Below, in pieces: positions 19,747-28,763 of a DNA stretch of 64,000 nucleotides. Position numbers and translations under genes: made by a program. Positions within the stretch are counted from its first letter, which is position 1, and each line of letters begins with the position of its first letter. The DNA is taken from NCBI GenBank assembly GCA_947574215.1, contig CANPIX010000003.1, forward strand, positions 15,770 through 79,769. The letters are read 5' to 3'. Below the pieces are notes generated by a model. That model searched no databases. It was not told the DNA's origin and was given only the letters and a program-made list of their open reading frames with translations. The stretch comes from an uncultured Mycoplasmatota bacterium (GTDB taxonomy: Bacteria; Bacillota_I; Bacilli_A; RF39; UBA660).

Positions 19747-20348
19747 TCTGGCATCACCGTTCCTAACGTAGTAGCTTGTCCCCCATTAAAGAAATTATCG
19801 ATTAGCATTCTTAAATCATTATTAGACACTTGCATTGAATGCAAACCACATGTAGATAAATTACTAATTAAATTATGAATACGTTTTTGAACAATCTCTA
19901 ACTTTTTCTCTTTAAATAATATAAAATATTCTGTATCAACAACATTGTATTCTGCACTCATAAACATATTCGCTTTGTTAATATCTTGCATAATTAATTT
20001 GCGAATAGCTGAACTTGTGGAGCTGTTATATAAAACTTGTAATTGTGATAAATGAACATTTATATCCACTGGACGATCAGCAACAATAAGCCAAAATTCA
20101 TAATCCATTGTATTGTAAAAATTTCTCAAATTGTAAATAACATTACTCTGCGTGTCTTGATCTAAAATAAATATATTTTTAGGAGCTATTTTTACTCCTG
20201 TTACATATTCTCCAGAATCTAATTGAATCATTCCATTCATTATTTGCTTGATTGGTACCCAATCCTCCGTATATTTACTTATTGCTTTATTCTTTGCCAT
20301 CAGTAATACACCAGCCTTTCCAATATAACCTTTTTCTGCCAAAGACAT
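19743..20348 (-). CDS. Hypothetical protein translationally coupled to VirB4 (possible detached VirB4 N-terminal domain)
   Basis: Its stop overlaps the VirB4 ATG (ATGA overlap). No TM helix. Together, 201 + 594 aa is about the length of a canonical VirB4. Confidence 0.4.
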   Translation of the reverse strand: MSLAEKGYIGKAGVLLMAKNKAISKYTEDWVPIKQIMNGMIQLDSGEYVTGVKIAPKNIFILDQDTQSNVIYNLRNFYNTMDYEFWLIVADRPVDINVHLSQLQVLYNSSTSSAIRKLIMQDINKANMFMSAEYNVVDTEYFILFKEKKLEIVQKRIHNLISNLSTCGLHSMQVSNNDLRMLIDNFFNGGQATTLGTVMPE

Positions 20349-20601
20349 ACGTAACTATATTTGTTAATAATTGCAATACATTATGATAATTTGGAACAGG
20401 CATTACAAGAAAGGCTGAAATGAGTGCTGGTGATAAAATTAATAACAACGCCCCCATTTCAACTTTATTGTTAAACATGAAAAGTAATATTAAAGTAATA
20501 GTACAACCTAATCCAAATAGAACTAAATCAATTGGAGTAAAAAATCCTAATATTAACATTGATTTCTTTGAATTAGCTGGTATTAAATAATTATGATTCA
20601 T
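20287..20601 (-). CDS. VirB3-like small membrane protein (2 TM)
   Basis: 104 aa with two hydrophobic helices, immediately upstream of the VirB4 module, as with PrgI/TcpE-type proteins. Confidence 0.35.
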   Translation of the reverse strand: MNHNYLIPANSKKSMLILGFFTPIDLVLFGLGCTITLILLFMFNNKVEMGALLLILSPALISAFLVMPVPNYHNVLQLLTNIVTYVFGRKRLYWKGWCITDGKE

Positions 20602-20618
20602 CCCTTTTTATTCCTCCT

Positions 20619-22697
20619 TTATGATTTTTTAGAATTTGAATTATCTGATCCCCCACCAGTTGTTCCTCCAAAGCCAGCAATGCTTCCGCCTTTTGATACG
20701 CTTTTAAAAGCGTTTTCATACATAGTTTCCATTTTAATTGCTTCTGCAGGATTTTCTTCACGCCATTTTTTTGCTTCTTTTTCTGCTTGCCTTTGAACAA
20801 CGTATTTATTACTAGCTTTATAGTTAGCATTTGAATCCATAAATTCTTTTTTCGTTGCATTCAATATAGCTTCTTCATCAATTGCTAAATTACTCATTTG
20901 TGATTTTAAATTATCAATTGTAGAATTAGATGTTCTATTTTGCTCAATAGATATTTGTTGTTTTAATTCTGGATTAGAATAAGTAGAATTTTTTAAATTT
21001 TCAAGTTGGTTCAAAAGTTTTGTTTGATTTACGATATCGTGTTCATTACGTGCTTTTTCTAAATCCAATTGTAGTTTACGAATTTTTGCTTGTTTATTCA
21101 TTTCAAAACTTTCTTTTTCTTGTTGCATTTTAGCCATTAATTCTCTAATTTTAGTCATTTTAGAGTTTTCTAATTTTCTAATTTCATCAGTGATTTTTTG
21201 AGATAAATCGTTTCGTTGTAAATTTAATTCTTGTTGAGCATCAGCACGTAACTCATTTTGTCTTTGTTTAAATTCTGCAGATGTTTCTACTTTATTAATT
21301 TTTGCTGTTTCGCTTTCCAAATAAGTATCTTTTAACTTATCTTTACTTTTTTCTTGTTGAGCATCAAAAAATGCTCTTCCACCAAACCAGCCAGCTTTTC
21401 CCTTTTGATCTAAAACATTAGAATAAATCCCTTTTCTTTGTTGATTAAATTGGCCTTTTTTTCCTTTCCAGCCATTTAAAGCTCCATAAAGAAATCCAGA
21501 TTTAGTTGAAGCTCCCATCATAGCTGAGCCATACATTCCACCTAAACCGCCACTAATAGCACCAATTGTTCCTTTACCAACATAATTTATTGCCTTTCCT
21601 AATGGTCCGCTTGCATCTAATTTCCCAGCAATTCCTAATTTTAAATTTCCAGAGTCAATTCCTATAACATTACTTATTAGTTTAGGAGCTTGTTTTGCAA
21701 AGGCAAATAATCCCAAAACAATAATTATAAATCCAAAGAAACCAACATCTACAATATCGGAAGATAACATTTCTCCTTTAAAAATAGAAGAAGCTATAAA
21801 AACGGTTAAAAGCATAACAAATATGCGTATAAACACTTCTAAATAAGTTGCTAAAGTTGCTTTCACCCAGTTATCAAATACACTCTTTTTATTTGGAACT
21901 ATACGCAGCAGGATTGGGATAGGAGCTATAATTTGGTAAAAACCTAATTTAAAAACTCTTATACCTAAATCTAAACAAAAAGAAAGCAAACAATATAATA
22001 AAAAGCCACCACAAATTGTAGATATAATAGGAATATAATGCGCATTTTCACTATCTACTACCGTTTCAGCCCAATAGCCTATTTTCAAGAAATTACCATA
22101 TTTTCCTGCTGAAATTTCAGAAGTTAATTCTCCCCATGTTGGAGTATTACGAAATATAGAAAAAATCAAGTTTACTGTTTGAATACTATTTACTACTGGA
22201 TCTGGAGTAACTAACCAAGGTGCGTTTTTTTCTCCTTGAGCGTCTTCAGGAATTGTCAAAAATGATTCTAATATCATTAATGAAATTTCTGTCCCTTCTT
22301 TTGTAAAAGCAACTTTTTCATCTTTTAAAATAATTTGTCCAATTATATTATCTTTTACAATAAAAGTTTGCAATTCTCGTGCATAATAAAATATAGTAGG
22401 AACAATACTTAACAATACTAAGGAAATAATAATATTTATAGCTAACTTACTAGAATCTTTTATATTATCTGGATTTACTAGTGATTTTAAAAGAGAATAG
22501 GTTACAAAAAACAACATGCATATTCCAATTACAATATAAAAACGATTCGCTACTTTTTCAATAAAATCATTTTGTAATATTTGTGATGTTGCTAGAGCAT
22601 TATAAATAGTAAACAATTGAGCTACAAAAAAATAAACAATGCCATCAATTAAAAGAAAAAGTCCAGTTAACCCATATTTAAAAATAGCTCCTAACAT
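20619..22697 (-). CDS. VirB6-like polytopic channel protein (TcpH/TrbL-like)
   Basis: At least 7 TM helices in the N-terminal half, a Gly-rich linker, and a long C-terminal coiled-coil ending in a Gly/Ser-rich tail. Confidence 0.5.
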   Translation of the reverse strand: MLGAIFKYGLTGLFLLIDGIVYFFVAQLFTIYNALATSQILQNDFIEKVANRFYIVIGICMLFFVTYSLLKSLVNPDNIKDSSKLAINIIISLVLLSIVPTIFYYARELQTFIVKDNIIGQIILKDEKVAFTKEGTEISLMILESFLTIPEDAQGEKNAPWLVTPDPVVNSIQTVNLIFSIFRNTPTWGELTSEISAGKYGNFLKIGYWAETVVDSENAHYIPIISTICGGFLLYCLLSFCLDLGIRVFKLGFYQIIAPIPILLRIVPNKKSVFDNWVKATLATYLEVFIRIFVMLLTVFIASSIFKGEMLSSDIVDVGFFGFIIIVLGLFAFAKQAPKLISNVIGIDSGNLKLGIAGKLDASGPLGKAINYVGKGTIGAISGGLGGMYGSAMMGASTKSGFLYGALNGWKGKKGQFNQQRKGIYSNVLDQKGKAGWFGGRAFFDAQQEKSKDKLKDTYLESETAKINKVETSAEFKQRQNELRADAQQELNLQRNDLSQKITDEIRKLENSKMTKIRELMAKMQQEKESFEMNKQAKIRKLQLDLEKARNEHDIVNQTKLLNQLENLKNSTYSNPELKQQISIEQNRTSNSTIDNLKSQMSNLAIDEEAILNATKKEFMDSNANYKASNKYVVQRQAEKEAKKWREENPAEAIKMETMYENAFKSVSKGGSIAGFGGTTGGGSDNSNSKKS

Positions 22698-22719
22698 AAT
22701 TGTTGACTTCCTTTCTTTT

Positions 22720-23205
22720 TTACCATCCGCAAATTTGAGAATTTATTTCTGCAATTTTCAATAAAAAATCTATTAATGTTGGTAAAACAAATATAATCAT
22801 TCCTATTATTATTCTTTTCATTAATTTCGATGAGGCTTTTTTTATTTCGTCTTGACTTTGTGCAGTCATTGCCTTAATAAAATCCATAATTCCTAATCCA
22901 ATTATTAAAATTGGAACTGCAAATTTCACTAAATGAAAAATATCTTTTAAAAAGTTCCCTAATCTACCTGAACACAGAACAGAATTATTCATTTGATCTA
23001 GCTTTTGATTTTCAACTAAATGATTCCCATCTACGCTAGCCAACTTTTTATATTCACTTTTTTGAATAAACGATATATTATTTATAGAAAAATTTAATGT
23101 TACAGATTCTTGAATTGGATTGATAAAAATTTTGCCACATACTTTTGAAGAGAACACAAGAACAACAAAGCACAAAAAAAATATATATTTTAATTTTTTT
23201 TTCAT
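22720..23205 (-). CDS. Secreted protein with C-terminal two-TM hairpin domain (paralog family, VirB2/TrbC-like candidate)
   Basis: Signal peptide. C-terminal ILIIGLGIMDFIKAMTAQSQDEIKKASSKLMKRIIIGMIIFVLPTLIDFLL...C is shared with the proteins at 23320..24498 and 25691..26101. Confidence 0.45.
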   Translation of the reverse strand: MKKKLKYIFFLCFVVLVFSSKVCGKIFINPIQESVTLNFSINNISFIQKSEYKKLASVDGNHLVENQKLDQMNNSVLCSGRLGNFLKDIFHLVKFAVPILIIGLGIMDFIKAMTAQSQDEIKKASSKLMKRIIIGMIIFVLPTLIDFLLKIAEINSQICGW

Positions 23206-23319
23206 TGAGAAAACTCCTCACCAGCAGTTAAAAAATTTAACTACACTCATTATATCAATAATTTAGTTTATTTACCAGTTAAAAATAAACTAAATGAAAT
23301 TTTCAAAATTCCCATTATT

Positions 23320-24498
23320 TTAACAATTTCTATTAAAAATACAGCGACGACACTGATTATAATCTGATCCTTCTTTTACAATACTTGAAAATATAAAATT
23401 TATTAATGTTGGTAAAATAAAAATTATTATTGCAGAAATTATTTTTAATATAAAACTTTTTGTTGCTTTTGATATAGCATCATTATCCGCTGAAGTCAGT
23501 GCTTTGGTAAATTCTATAATACCAAAAATAATTAATATAATTGGAATTATAATCTTTGCGATTAATAATAAATTTCCTATTAATTTTAGCGTACCTTTTA
23601 CCCCTTTATTATCGCAAAAACTTATATGAACCTCACTTTTTTTTTCATCCAGAATACCCAATTCCTCTTGAATTTCTTTGTTTTTCTCTTCTAGCTCTTT
23701 TTCAGATTGTTCCAAAAAAAATTCTGCATTATTTACCGCTCTACGATAATCTTTAATTATAGTATCCTCTTCATTAAAATACCCTTGATTAATATAATTA
23801 TGAACATTTACATCCCACGTTGAAATATTACTTTTTAAATTAGAAACTATTTCTTTGCATTCTTCATATCTTGTAATTGTATTTTCTTCCTTTGCACAAG
23901 ATTGAATAGAATAAGAACGAATTTGACTATTAATCATTTCAGTATATTTTTTTATATTTTCCTCTGCCTTTTTCTTATTTTCATTTGAAATTTGCATCCC
24001 TTTAAGAGTTGCAGGATATCTCTGGTTAGATAATTTTTTATTTAACTCTATTAAAGATTCTAAATTTTCTGCCATATATATTTCATACCCACCAATATTA
24101 AAAATCGCTCCATTTTCTAATCGTATAGATAAATAGCTGGGGCATCCATTATTATCTTTTACGTATTCTTTTGCTTGCCAATCATTTTCAACACTGGTAT
24201 TCCAATTTAATACACTTTCTTTATTTGAATTTCTTGTTGCACTTTCGCTTCCTACTTCCATATAACACTGATGTGTATAATCATCATATACATCGCACAA
24301 AACTCCCACTTGTTGATTTCCAGGGTAAGGGCTTAAAGTATCTGCAGCTTTATAATATTCACAAGTAAGTATCGTTTCTTCTGCTGATACCCACGATACA
24401 CAAAATACACTCAATAATAACATAAATATTAATTTTTTTAAGTTATGCATAAATATCCCTACTTTTTCTTTTTTATTATAGTATTTTTTTAATTCCAT
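23320..24498 (-). CDS. Secreted coiled-coil protein with the same C-terminal two-TM hairpin plus CRRC motif (paralog)
   Basis: Signal peptide; probable start MHNLKK. Extracellular Cys-containing domain. C-terminal IIPIILIIFGIIEFTKALTSADNDAISKATKSFILKIISAIIIFILPTLINF...CRRCI. Confidence 0.45.
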   Translation of the reverse strand: MELKKYYNKKEKVGIFMHNLKKLIFMLLLSVFCVSWVSAEETILTCEYYKAADTLSPYPGNQQVGVLCDVYDDYTHQCYMEVGSESATRNSNKESVLNWNTSVENDWQAKEYVKDNNGCPSYLSIRLENGAIFNIGGYEIYMAENLESLIELNKKLSNQRYPATLKGMQISNENKKKAEENIKKYTEMINSQIRSYSIQSCAKEENTITRYEECKEIVSNLKSNISTWDVNVHNYINQGYFNEEDTIIKDYRRAVNNAEFFLEQSEKELEEKNKEIQEELGILDEKKSEVHISFCDNKGVKGTLKLIGNLLLIAKIIIPIILIIFGIIEFTKALTSADNDAISKATKSFILKIISAIIIFILPTLINFIFSSIVKEGSDYNQCRRCIFNRNC

Positions 24499-24519
24499 TA
24501 CTAGAAAAATTCTGCAACT

Positions 24520-25632
24520 CTATCTAATATTATAAGGAGAATCAAAAGTTCCATTTCCATTAGCGTATAATACATCTCTATTTAAGGCTATAACGTATTT
24601 ATTATCCGCAGATGAATTAGCTTCTTCTGAAATAATTTCTCCTTTGTAAGAAATTGAAAATACATTATAAGTATTTGACATATCAGCTGTCATTGTCCAC
24701 CATTTATCTTCTGCATCTGCTAAATAATTATAATTTTGGCACTCATTACTAACTGTTGTCTGACAAAGACCATCCAAACTTGCATTCATATAATCATGTA
24801 TAGGCAAAAGACCAATATTTTGATCCTTTATTATTTCATTACATTCTGTATTACCACTTTTATCAGTGGTTTCCTCTAAACGTTTTCCTACACATAAATC
24901 GTATGGACTTAGAAATGTTTCGTATTCTTTTAAATCGTTATCATAAATCAATTTTAAATTACTAAAAGCTCTACTCAATAAAAAATTATTTATTCCTGAA
25001 TCACTTTCCTTTTCCGTATTATAACGATCGTCCCAAATGTCATAAATTTCTTCTTCTTTAGTCGACTGAGTTAAAATCATATTTATCGAGCCATTTTTAT
25101 TAATTTTAACAACTCTCCAAATTCTATCCGCAAACTGTACATAATTATTTGGATTTTGACCTCTAAAAATAAGTTCATTATTCATTTCATAAAGTCCTTC
25201 TCCCGTTTGTGTTAATTTATTATTGTTTTTTAAAACATCTAAAAATTTTTCTGTTTTAAATGAGTTACATGTTAAATAAGCTTGGTATTTGTATTCTTTA
25301 TTTATATAATCCACCAAAATATTTGCTGTACAAGAAGGATCTTTAACATATTTTTTTAATTCTTTGATATACTTGTTTTCTATTAATGTATCAGCATTTA
25401 TCACAATTGTTGGTTTTGTATCATTAGGAAGTTCACTGGGATTTTCTGTTAAAAATTTTAAAGCAGCGTTTTCTAAACGCTCTTCTAATTTTTCATAGGT
25501 TATTTTAATTCCCACAATTTTTACTGCTATAGCAATTGTAATTATAATAAACAACATTACAAATGCAACGCTACCAAAAAGAGTTACTTTTGCTTTATTG
25601 TTGCTATAAAAGCTTTTTAGTTTTTCTATCAA
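24520..25632 (-). CDS. N-terminally anchored extracellular protein (pilin-/pseudopilin-like architecture)
   Basis: Positively charged N-terminus, one TM helix, and a roughly 330-aa extracellular domain with several Cys. Confidence 0.35.
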   Translation of the reverse strand: MIEKLKSFYSNNKAKVTLFGSVAFVMLFIIITIAIAVKIVGIKITYEKLEERLENAALKFLTENPSELPNDTKPTIVINADTLIENKYIKELKKYVKDPSCTANILVDYINKEYKYQAYLTCNSFKTEKFLDVLKNNNKLTQTGEGLYEMNNELIFRGQNPNNYVQFADRIWRVVKINKNGSINMILTQSTKEEEIYDIWDDRYNTEKESDSGINNFLLSRAFSNLKLIYDNDLKEYETFLSPYDLCVGKRLEETTDKSGNTECNEIIKDQNIGLLPIHDYMNASLDGLCQTTVSNECQNYNYLADAEDKWWTMTADMSNTYNVFSISYKGEIISEEANSSADNKYVIALNRDVLYANGNGTFDSPYNIR

Positions 25633-25690
25633 TTTGCATCACCTGTATTAAAATAGTATCATATGACATAAAAAAAAGCAATTTAATTGC

Positions 25691-26101
25691 TTATTTTTTC
25701 CATAATGCATCTGCTCGACCACGACAGCCACTATCTCGTGGATTTACAATACATGTTCTACATAACTCATAATCCGCTTGGGCTTGTTCATTAAATCCAC
25801 CAATAATTCCAACTAAAAAGGAAACGATTGTAGGAAGCAAGAAAATAATAACTGCTGCAATGGCTCTTCTAACTAAAGAACTAGTTGCTTTTTTAATTTC
25901 ATCTTCTTTACTTGCGATAACAGCTTTTCCAAGATCAATCATCCCAAAAATAATTAATAAAAGCGGAATTACTATTTTAAAAACTAATAAAACATATCCT
26001 GCTATTTGCCAAATATTTGCTGTTTGAGAACAAAAACCACTTTTTGTTCCAATTTCAACCCCACTTTTTGCGGCGATTAAAAATAAATTTGTTAAATTCA
26101 T
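25691..26101 (-). CDS. Small two-TM hairpin protein with CRTC motif (third paralog; VirB2/TrbC-like candidate)
   Basis: IVIPLLLIIFGMIDLGKAVIASKEDEIKKATSSLVRRAIAAVIIFLLPTIVSFLVG...CRTCI. Has its own promoter and an RBS AAAGAGAGG. Confidence 0.45.
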   Translation of the reverse strand: MNLTNLFLIAAKSGVEIGTKSGFCSQTANIWQIAGYVLLVFKIVIPLLLIIFGMIDLGKAVIASKEDEIKKATSSLVRRAIAAVIIFLLPTIVSFLVGIIGGFNEQAQADYELCRTCIVNPRDSGCRGRADALWKK

Positions 26102-26133
26102 AACTTTATACCTCTCTTTTCAATATCTAAACT

Positions 26134-26162
26134 CATTTTATATGTTATTTTTTTTATTGTCA
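26134..26162 (-). promoter_or_regulatory. Sigma-A-type promoter (TTGACA-17-TAAAAT) in front of the 136-aa hairpin-protein gene
   Basis: The minus-strand sequence reads cTTGACAataaaaaaaataacataTAAAATgag, followed by RBS AAAGAGAGG and the ATG at 26101. Confidence 0.4.
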
Positions 26163-26225
26163 AGTTTATCGCATTAAAATATGTAAATTTGACATTTTTC
26201 TTCTTGTGTTTTTCTTTTATTTACA

Positions 26226-27221
26226 CTAAGACTTAAAGATATTAAACAATTTACTGTTTTTTGTATCTTCCACTCCGGTTTCTTCAAAACGAGAAAATCC
26301 CAATTTAATTAAGAATTCTTCAATAATTTTTTGATTGTCCAACTTATCATCTAAATTCGGTATATTGAAAAATACTTTGCTTTTGGATTCGTATTCAAAG
26401 TCTTTTATGTCTCTTGCATTCAAGATACTTCGATTTAAAACAATTTTTTTATCACGTAGTTTTTCAAAAGTACGCTTATCTTTACGAATCAATTTATTTA
26501 GTTTAATTAAACCTGGCTCAATTAAGTAAATGACTTCTGTGCAAGCACTAATGCTTCCTCGATCGTTTAAATCGACAAGCAAAACTTCAGCATCACTATT
26601 GGTAGCAATAAAGGCTGGTAAATCTAAACTAGACGTAGTTTTCAAACTCTTGTCGTTAAAATAAATAAAATCATGTTCATCGACTTCTACAGCTATTACG
26701 TTGTATTTTTTTGATAACTCTTTCTTTAAAAGATAAGTTAAGGTTGTAGATCCCGCATGATTGGTAACATTTTTTATTCCAATTACACGAAGATTTAATT
26801 TAGTATAATCTCCACCTTCATCACTTGTTGTATTTGCATTATTTAATTGATGATATTGAGCAACATCTTTATATGTATTAGGATTATTAATTAAAAATTT
26901 TACTGCGTCAATATTTCGGGTAAAATTATAAATTCCCATTGAAATTAAACTCGATAAATATTTGGGTGAATTTACAATTTCTGAATCGTCAAGTAAAATG
27001 ATAATATTACTTACATCCATACTTACTGATAAGTTTTGAATTGTTGCTATGTCTTGATAATTTTTTAAAGCTGTAATGTCTAAAATCATTTTGTTATAGT
27101 AAAAGTTTGTAAATTGATTTACTAAGTCTTCTACTTCAAATTCTCCATTAATATTTTTTATAATATCAATATCTAATGTTGCTAATAAAGATTGATATTT
27201 ATTGGATACAATTACGTTCAC
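26226..27221 (-). CDS. TadZ/CpaE-like protein: receiver-like N-domain plus ParA/MinD-like domain with degenerate P-loop
   Basis: Architecture matches TadZ/CpaE. The segment RVIGIKNVTNHAGSTTLTYLL aligns to the deviant Walker A KGGxGKTT but has lost the lysine and glycines. Confidence 0.4.
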   Translation of the reverse strand: MNVIVSNKYQSLLATLDIDIIKNINGEFEVEDLVNQFTNFYYNKMILDITALKNYQDIATIQNLSVSMDVSNIIILLDDSEIVNSPKYLSSLISMGIYNFTRNIDAVKFLINNPNTYKDVAQYHQLNNANTTSDEGGDYTKLNLRVIGIKNVTNHAGSTTLTYLLKKELSKKYNVIAVEVDEHDFIYFNDKSLKTTSSLDLPAFIATNSDAEVLLVDLNDRGSISACTEVIYLIEPGLIKLNKLIRKDKRTFEKLRDKKIVLNRSILNARDIKDFEYESKSKVFFNIPNLDDKLDNQKIIEEFLIKLGFSRFEETGVEDTKNSKLFNIFKS

Positions 27222-27224
27222 AAT

Positions 27225-27713
27225 TTATTCCTCCTTTGCAATTAAATTATCCGCTGAATTTACAATATCTCCAGTTGTCCCATTAATATCAAAAGTAAAT
27301 AAATCTCCTACTACTGGTAAGTTAAAATAGAAAAATGTATTTACTTTATAATATACTTTTCCCTCATTGTTACTGGAAGGCGCTTTTATTTTTGTAATAC
27401 AATAATGATATTTTTTACTTTTATTAGTAACCAATTCTATTGTGGGACGATTTAAGTCTGATACTCCATAACTTCCCAAAGTGCAAGGTTTAGTAACACT
27501 GTAATTATTGCTTTTCAAATAAGTATTCATAATAGCAATACTTCCTTCTTCTCCAGAAGTTATTCCTTCTCTTTTTTCAATAATTGATAGCATTTCATTT
27601 TTTACTTTAAACGCTTTAGTATAATTTAAAGATAACGCTAAAAAGGCTACAAATATAAGCATAAATACAATAATCAATTGGGTTAACCAAGTTCCACCTA
27701 TTGCTTCTCTCAT
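27225..27713 (-). CDS. TadE/TadF-like pseudopilin (minor pilin)
   Basis: N-terminal MREAIGGTW followed by a hydrophobic helix and a roughly 130-aa extracellular domain. Paralog of the next gene. Confidence 0.5.
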   Translation of the reverse strand: MREAIGGTWLTQLIIVFMLIFVAFLALSLNYTKAFKVKNEMLSIIEKREGITSGEEGSIAIMNTYLKSNNYSVTKPCTLGSYGVSDLNRPTIELVTNKSKKYHYCITKIKAPSSNNEGKVYYKVNTFFYFNLPVVGDLFTFDINGTTGDIVNSADNLIAKEE

Positions 27714-28210
27714 CTCGACAGCCCTCCTGAGTGACTCATAATTTTCGTATCTCCAGAAACTTGAAAATTAAACACACTTCTAAAAATTGGCAAATCTAGT
27801 TGGTAGAAAACTTTAATACGATAGTAATTCATTATCGGCATATCACTACTACTTCTAACCGATTGTTCTGCAATACAGAAGGCCGAATTTCGGCTATCTA
27901 GTTTTCCTTCTCTGTTGAATCCATAATAGCGAGTAATGATTCTACCAGATTTGTCTCGAATATCGTTTGGACAAGTTCCCGTTGTACGATAGGAAGTCTG
28001 CTTTAAATACTCAACTATTTTTTGAATCGCTGGATCATTTTCTGGATTTTGTAAATCCACACCTTCTTCTCTTTCGATTGCCTTTACAATTGTATTTTTA
28101 ACATTAAATGCTTTGGAATGGTTAATTGATAAACACATATATCCTGTGAAAAGTAAAATAAAAAATATAACAATTTGAAAAATCCATGTACCCCCAATCG
28201 CTTCTCTCAT
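27710..28210 (-). CDS. TadE/TadF-like pseudopilin (minor pilin), paralog
   Basis: Identical N-terminal MREAIGGTW motif plus a TM helix. Overlaps the downstream paralog by 4 nt. Confidence 0.5.
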   Translation of the reverse strand: MREAIGGTWIFQIVIFFILLFTGYMCLSINHSKAFNVKNTIVKAIEREEGVDLQNPENDPAIQKIVEYLKQTSYRTTGTCPNDIRDKSGRIITRYYGFNREGKLDSRNSAFCIAEQSVRSSSDMPIMNYYRIKVFYQLDLPIFRSVFNFQVSGDTKIMSHSGGLSR

Positions 28211-28223
28211 GTTACCACCTCAA

Positions 28224-28463
28224 CTAGCCTTTCCAAACGCATTTAAATTCTGCGCCCTCTTGTTTACCATTTTTATAATATTTACAGGTAACAAATCCAT
28301 CATTTAAAGTTCTTTTATCACAAATGGCATCGCTACATTTATTGTTCGCAATAAATGTGTTTTTTATATTCGGCCATAAAATACCAAAGAAAAAGACCGA
28401 TAGGATTGCTACCGCTACAACAATTACAACCGTCATATTTAGTTCTCCTGTGGCCTCTTTCAT
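28224..28463 (-). CDS. Flp-type prepilin-like protein with Cys-rich C-terminal domain (paralog 3 of 3)
   Basis: MKEATGELNMTVV leader, a hydrophobic helix, and a C-terminus with 6 Cys. Confidence 0.5.
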   Translation of the reverse strand: MKEATGELNMTVVIVVAVAILSVFFFGILWPNIKNTFIANNKCSDAICDKRTLNDGFVTCKYYKNGKQEGAEFKCVWKG

Positions 28464-28478
28464 AAGATTACTCCTTAA

Positions 28479-28745
28479 TTATTTTTTTATATTATTATTT
28501 GGACAAGTAATTTCTTGCATTTTGTTATTTCCGCTAAGATACATGCATTTACAGGTTTTCCCTGTACAAACACAATTCGTTGTCGCAAAACATTTCGTAC
28601 TATTTACAATGTTTGTTTTTATACTGGGCCATACAAACACATTAAAAAATAATGCGATTGCTCCTATTGCAGCAACGGTTACTACTGTGGTATTTAATTG
28701 TCCTGTTGCTACTGTCATACCAGAATTTTTTGTGGCCTCATTCAT
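28479..28745 (-). CDS. Flp-type prepilin-like protein with Cys-rich C-terminal domain (paralog 2 of 3)
   Basis: MNEATKNSGMTVATGQLNTTVV leader, helix, and a Cys-rich tail ending CPNNN. Confidence 0.5.
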   Translation of the reverse strand: MNEATKNSGMTVATGQLNTTVVTVAAIGAIALFFNVFVWPSIKTNIVNSTKCFATTNCVCTGKTCKCMYLSGNNKMQEITCPNNNIKK

Positions 28746-28763
28746 ATGTACAACTCCTATGCT

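Noticed and set aside
20591-20860. 89-aa Lys-rich minus-strand ORF and 67-aa plus-strand ORF overlapping the 3' end of the VirB6-like gene
   Set aside because: They sit in alternative frames of the coiled-coil-coding region of a long, well-supported gene. The K-rich composition is the expected shadow of an A-rich coding strand.
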